Shown piece by piece: positions 60,288 through 64,000 of a DNA stretch of 64,000 nucleotides. The position numbers and the translations under genes were made by a program. Each line of letters opens with the position of its first letter. Position 1 is the first letter of the stretch. The notes under the pieces are model-generated. The model worked only from the letters and a program-made list of their open reading frames with translations, was not told the DNA's origin and did no database searches. Origin of the DNA: Barthelona sp. PCE. Lineage: Eukaryota. The stretch covers positions 992,001 to 1,056,000 of the forward strand of contig JAUFOR010000003.1 in the NCBI GenBank assembly GCA_040285745.1. The letters are read 5' to 3'.

Positions 60288-63275
60288 TTACTGTACTCTT
60301 AACTTAAAAGGAGGGACTTTGAGCTCCTGGAAATTGGAGTCAGTGAACATGGCATTAACGATAAGAACGTCACGAGGACAATCTTTTTTATGACAAAGCT
60401 CATATACATCCTTGCTCTTCATGGCAAGACGTTCCTCATTGGAAGGATCCCAAGAGGAGTACACAATATTGCCATCCATCTCTACCATAGCAGCCTGACC
60501 GCCAAGCTTTGCCTCGAATTCACGGATCCAATCACCTAAGGTAATGTTCCTTGCGTCAACTTCAAGGTAGTCCCACACTGAGAAATTGCCAAGCTTGCCT
60601 TCCTCTACCTTTACCTCCTCTGGGTTGAACTTTAGGATGGTACTGATGGCCATGTCAATGTAATACGACTGGTAGTCATCAATGTCTCTGCTTCCGGTGG
60701 CGAACTTGAGGAGCTCGAGCATTGACAAACCTGTAACCAGTGCAGTGGTGGTGACCATAGCGGGAATGATCTTACCAGCAACCCTCCTGATCTCGAATTT
60801 GGTTTCAGTGGGGATATCGTAGGAAATACCACGTGTGTTAGCAATGGCAGCTACGAAATCCAAGTGAAGTTCATCGTCCTTCTCGAACTCAATGGCAGCA
60901 CCGCTTACATCGATAACTGGGTACTGAGAAATGACTTCGAGCATCTCAGAGCGAGACATGGATGGCAGAGGTGCGTTGTTGTTGTCATCAGGTTCATCGG
61001 TCTCAACGACAAAGTCAGAAGCTGGAACCCACTTCTTGGGCTCAACCTTACAGGCCTCCTCCAAAACGTACTCGCGTGTGAGGTCGCTGACATCCCAACC
61101 GTACACAAGACCCTGAAGCAGAGTACAAGAATAAACGAATTCTGCGTGTGTTTCGTTATCAGGATCGAACTCGTGAACAACAGGACATCTCTTGTGACCA
61201 GTCCAAAATGGCATACCGGTCTGCTCGTCGACAGCATCTGCGGGACAGGAGTGCAACAGTTGTTTGATTGTGTTGATAAAGAACTCCTCAAACATGTTCC
61301 TGGCATAGACAATACAGTCGTCAATGCGTTTAGGATACCACTCAACGGCCTGTCCCAGTGTTTTCATGATATCTTGGATCTCAACAGGACCCTTGCCCTC
61401 GAGCCAACTCATGCCGTCCTTCTTCCATTTGGAAAGAACTTCATAGGGCTTCTCAAAGCACTGATTCCATTTGTCACGACCCCATTCGATGGTGTGAGCA
61501 ATTAAGTGAGGGAAGTTCTTGAGGGTGCAGAAGGCGATGTTATCGTCCTCCGGATCTTGTGACTGGCCATAAGAGACTGTCTTTCCGGGAACAACGGTCT
61601 GGGTTGATCCCTTCAGACCCTGTGTACCAGACTCAAAGAGGGGCTTGCCGTGGAGCAGAGCGCATGAGTCGGTGTACAAACGTGCCTTCATATTATCGAG
61701 CGCGTTGATAATAACGTCCAGCCCAGCCCAGAACTCATAGTTCCAGACGTCCTCCGTTGAAGTACCTACAGCGATTGTGGAGGAGGCGACGTTCATATCC
61801 TTATTCATATTCTTAGCAACACGAATGCCTACTTCAGACTTGGACTGCTTGATATCACCTTCTCTAAACAAGAACTGACGTGAAAGGTTGCTCTTCTCAA
61901 TGACATCTAGGTCAGTGACAGTAAGCTTACCCTCTCCGCAACTGAGACCACATGAAGCAAAATTCTTTAGAGCCTCACAGCCAATAGCTCCTGTACCAAC
62001 GAGGAAAGCATTATAGTTCTGCAGTGTGGTGAGGGCTTCCATGCCGTACACAGTGATGAGGTCGTCGTAGCGAGAATTGATGGGACGTACGTTGTCGAGG
62101 TTGTCAAGCGTGGGCTTGAACATACAGGGTGTTTCCTCGAAGAAACAAAATTGTTTGATAGGTGTGAACTTTCTAGACACGGCCTTGAGGGCCTCCTGGG
62201 CGACAATACCACCAAGTGCAGCAGCAGTGGGATTGATAGAGGTGAACCAACCCATGAAGAGTGCACGGAAAACAGGGAATTCCTCCTTTTCAATATCAAA
62301 GGTGGTGTCGCTCACGAGGGAATCAAACATTTCGTACGCTTGCTCAGGCGACTCAAAGTTATAGATGCCCAATTCATCCATGAAGCGACCGGTAGACACA
62401 AAGAACTTGTGAAGCTTACTGCTTTCGATCTTGTTTCCAAAGATCTCGATAATGTCAGGTGTGGCAACGGCCTCCTGATAAGACTTGAACTCAAAGGTGG
62501 CGGGTTGTTTAACCTCAGCAACATAACCTCCGGAAATATACTCTCCGAATTCAGTTGCATCGACGCCTTCAAGCTCCATTGTGATACGGCCAACCTTCTT
62601 GATGGAGAACTCTCCCTCGTTGAGCTGATCTGTGCCGCGCACATGCGTTAGCTTAACAATTGTGCCATCTGGTACGGAAATACTGTTCTCGTCACAGAGA
62701 GTAACGAGACAGGGGTTTGTGTTTGACACACCATCGACAAGACCGGTCCATGGCTGGATATCGTCTGCCTGTGTGACTGTGAACTTGTCACCGAGATCGC
62801 AGAAGAGACGACCGACAAAGCCACGCGCGCTTGCAACAATTACCTTTGTTCCGTGGTTGCGGGCTTCACTAGTGATGCCGTTGATCTCCTCCTCACGTGC
62901 ATCAGTCAGAATAATGAGATCATACTTGTCATAAGGGATACCATCCTCCTTTGTAAGCTGACAATAGGGGTTAAGTTCTGTAAGATTTGCAAAGGCAGCG
63001 TCGACGCGGGTTGTGGTGCCAACGTGTTCCTCTTCAACGTAGAAATTACCGCAACGATCACGTAATTCGCAAGTGTTGTTATCGTGAACACCAACAACAG
63101 GAATACCGGCAAGAATGAGGTTTTTAGCGACCTCAACACCGAGACCACGAAGGCCAACGATCAATACTCGACTGGACTGCATAGCTTGCATCGCATCTTT
63201 ACCAAGAGCGTAAATCTGTCGAGAGTAGCGATCTTCGTCGATCTCTATCTCAGGTGATGATTGAATAGGTTCCAT
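60288..63275 (-). CDS. UBA1: ubiquitin-activating enzyme E1
   Basis: YSRQIY, GLRGLGVEVAKN, GTGAIGCE, IEKSNLSRQFLFR, catalytic FCTLKNFP, FEKDD, AGKIIPA. Confidence 0.97.
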   Translation of the reverse strand: MEPIQSSPEIEIDEDRYSRQIYALGKDAMQAMQSSRVLIVGLRGLGVEVAKNLILAGIPVVGVHDNNTCELRDRCGNFYVEEEHVGTTTRVDAAFANLTELNPYCQLTKEDGIPYDKYDLIILTDAREEEINGITSEARNHGTKVIVASARGFVGRLFCDLGDKFTVTQADDIQPWTGLVDGVSNTNPCLVTLCDENSISVPDGTIVKLTHVRGTDQLNEGEFSIKKVGRITMELEGVDATEFGEYISGGYVAEVKQPATFEFKSYQEAVATPDIIEIFGNKIESSKLHKFFVSTGRFMDELGIYNFESPEQAYEMFDSLVSDTTFDIEKEEFPVFRALFMGWFTSINPTAAALGGIVAQEALKAVSRKFTPIKQFCFFEETPCMFKPTLDNLDNVRPINSRYDDLITVYGMEALTTLQNYNAFLVGTGAIGCEALKNFASCGLSCGEGKLTVTDLDVIEKSNLSRQFLFREGDIKQSKSEVGIRVAKNMNKDMNVASSTIAVGTSTEDVWNYEFWAGLDVIINALDNMKARLYTDSCALLHGKPLFESGTQGLKGSTQTVVPGKTVSYGQSQDPEDDNIAFCTLKNFPHLIAHTIEWGRDKWNQCFEKPYEVLSKWKKDGMSWLEGKGPVEIQDIMKTLGQAVEWYPKRIDDCIVYARNMFEEFFINTIKQLLHSCPADAVDEQTGMPFWTGHKRCPVVHEFDPDNETHAEFVYSCTLLQGLVYGWDVSDLTREYVLEEACKVEPKKWVPASDFVVETDEPDDNNNAPLPSMSRSEMLEVISQYPVIDVSGAAIEFEKDDELHLDFVAAIANTRGISYDIPTETKFEIRRVAGKIIPAMVTTTALVTGLSMLELLKFATGSRDIDDYQSYYIDMAISTILKFNPEEVKVEEGKLGNFSVWDYLEVDARNITLGDWIREFEAKLGGQAAMVEMDGNIVYSSWDPSNEERLAMKSKDVYELCHKKDCPRDVLIVNAMFTDSNFQELKVPPFKLRVQ

Positions 63276-63596
63276 GTATGTGTAAAAGAGTTAAAAATGG
63301 AGTAGCAAGGGCTCTTTGTGACCAAAGGTTCTAGATGTACTTTTTTAGGGTTGTGGTATCTGCTATAGGTATAGTAGCGGCAATAAACGTGGGTGGAGCA
63401 CATGATTGTGTTATGTGAAGAACTGGTCTGTTAAACCTGCACTTGTAGTACCTATATGTTTGAGCTATCTTGCTGTGATGTATGCGGGGTAAAGAAGTTA
63501 TTGGTCAGTATAGGCTGCTATTTATCTTTTGAGGAAGAGAATTGGTGCTGCATATAGTTTTATCTTCCTTTTACAGGGCTTTCTTTTTTATTTGGT

Positions 63597-64000
63597 CTAG
63601 TTCAATTCGGGTATAGGGAACATATGTAGGTGGCCCATTGAGGTTCCTATGTAGGCATATCCAACGGAGGATAGTGAGAGTGTTGTTGGTTCACCAATGT
63701 TGAGCTCTTCTTTCCCAATAACTTCCACAGTGCGCGTGTACATATCATTGATCACGGTTGCATACAGCCTACTGCTGACACTCCAGTGTAGCACAAGGAA
63801 GATATTTGCTGCACCAGCGAGAAGAAAGTTTTCGAGCACAGGTGTTGTTCCAACGCAATTGCCGTCATCTCGGTAAAGAACAACGCGCCCACCCAAGTTG
63901 AAGAGGACAGCGTTCCCACTGACAACGTAATGGAGAGACATGACGGGGAAATCAGTGAGACTCCTGCAGATTTCGGATTCATGGACCTTGTTCAAGAGAA
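63597..64000 (-). CDS. 3' end of a beta-propeller-like protein (start outside window)
   Basis: Frame runs to the window edge; C-terminal YIGTSMGHLHMF is a WD-like strand. Confidence 0.55.
   Translation of the reverse strand, partial: LLNKVHESEICRSLTDFPVMSLHYVVSGNAVLFNLGGRVVLYRDDGNCVGTTPVLENFLLAGAANIFLVLHWSVSSRLYATVINDMYTRTVEVIGKEELNIGEPTTLSLSSVGYAYIGTSMGHLHMFPIPELN

Noticed and set aside
60864-62651. Long antisense ORFs within UBA1 (also 27710-28411 and 14414-14995)
   Set aside because: They are shadows of real genes with biased codon use and carry no recognisable motifs.
1-64000. CRISPR arrays, rRNA, prokaryotic operons or defence systems
   Set aside because: None seen; gene content and introns are eukaryotic throughout.

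Overview
Gene-dense, intron-poor eukaryotic (protist) DNA in the standard code: TAA, TAG and TGA all end conserved genes. About 45 protein genes lie on both strands with very short spacers. They include EFHB, a cis-prenyltransferase, HOOK, profilin, PLPBP, ZPR1, TTLL1, Arp3, WDR61, Rab11, CDC50, ALG11, a reduced Snu114, a TBC GAP, AK8 and UBA1. Two short genes missing from the ORF track (U1-C, RPL29), three tRNAs and four short introns with a fused branch point/3' splice site were read directly from the sequence. Ciliary genes, bacterial-type anaerobe enzymes and the intron signature suggest a flagellated metamonad-like anaerobe (inference). The best finding is a full-length 434-codon eRF1 paralogue (28474-29778, minus strand). 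It keeps GTS, YxCxxxF and GGQ but has a single in-frame UGA at codon 32 and NIKS changed to KIRS, making it a candidate for readthrough-autoregulated termination. It ends an accessory block (about 19.6-29.8 kb) holding a lineage-specific gene family, a probable decayed TIR element and two tRNAs. Also notable: a 1529-aa propeller/kinase/HECT-like/zinc-finger protein, an EYA-like domain and several structured intergenic RNA candidates.
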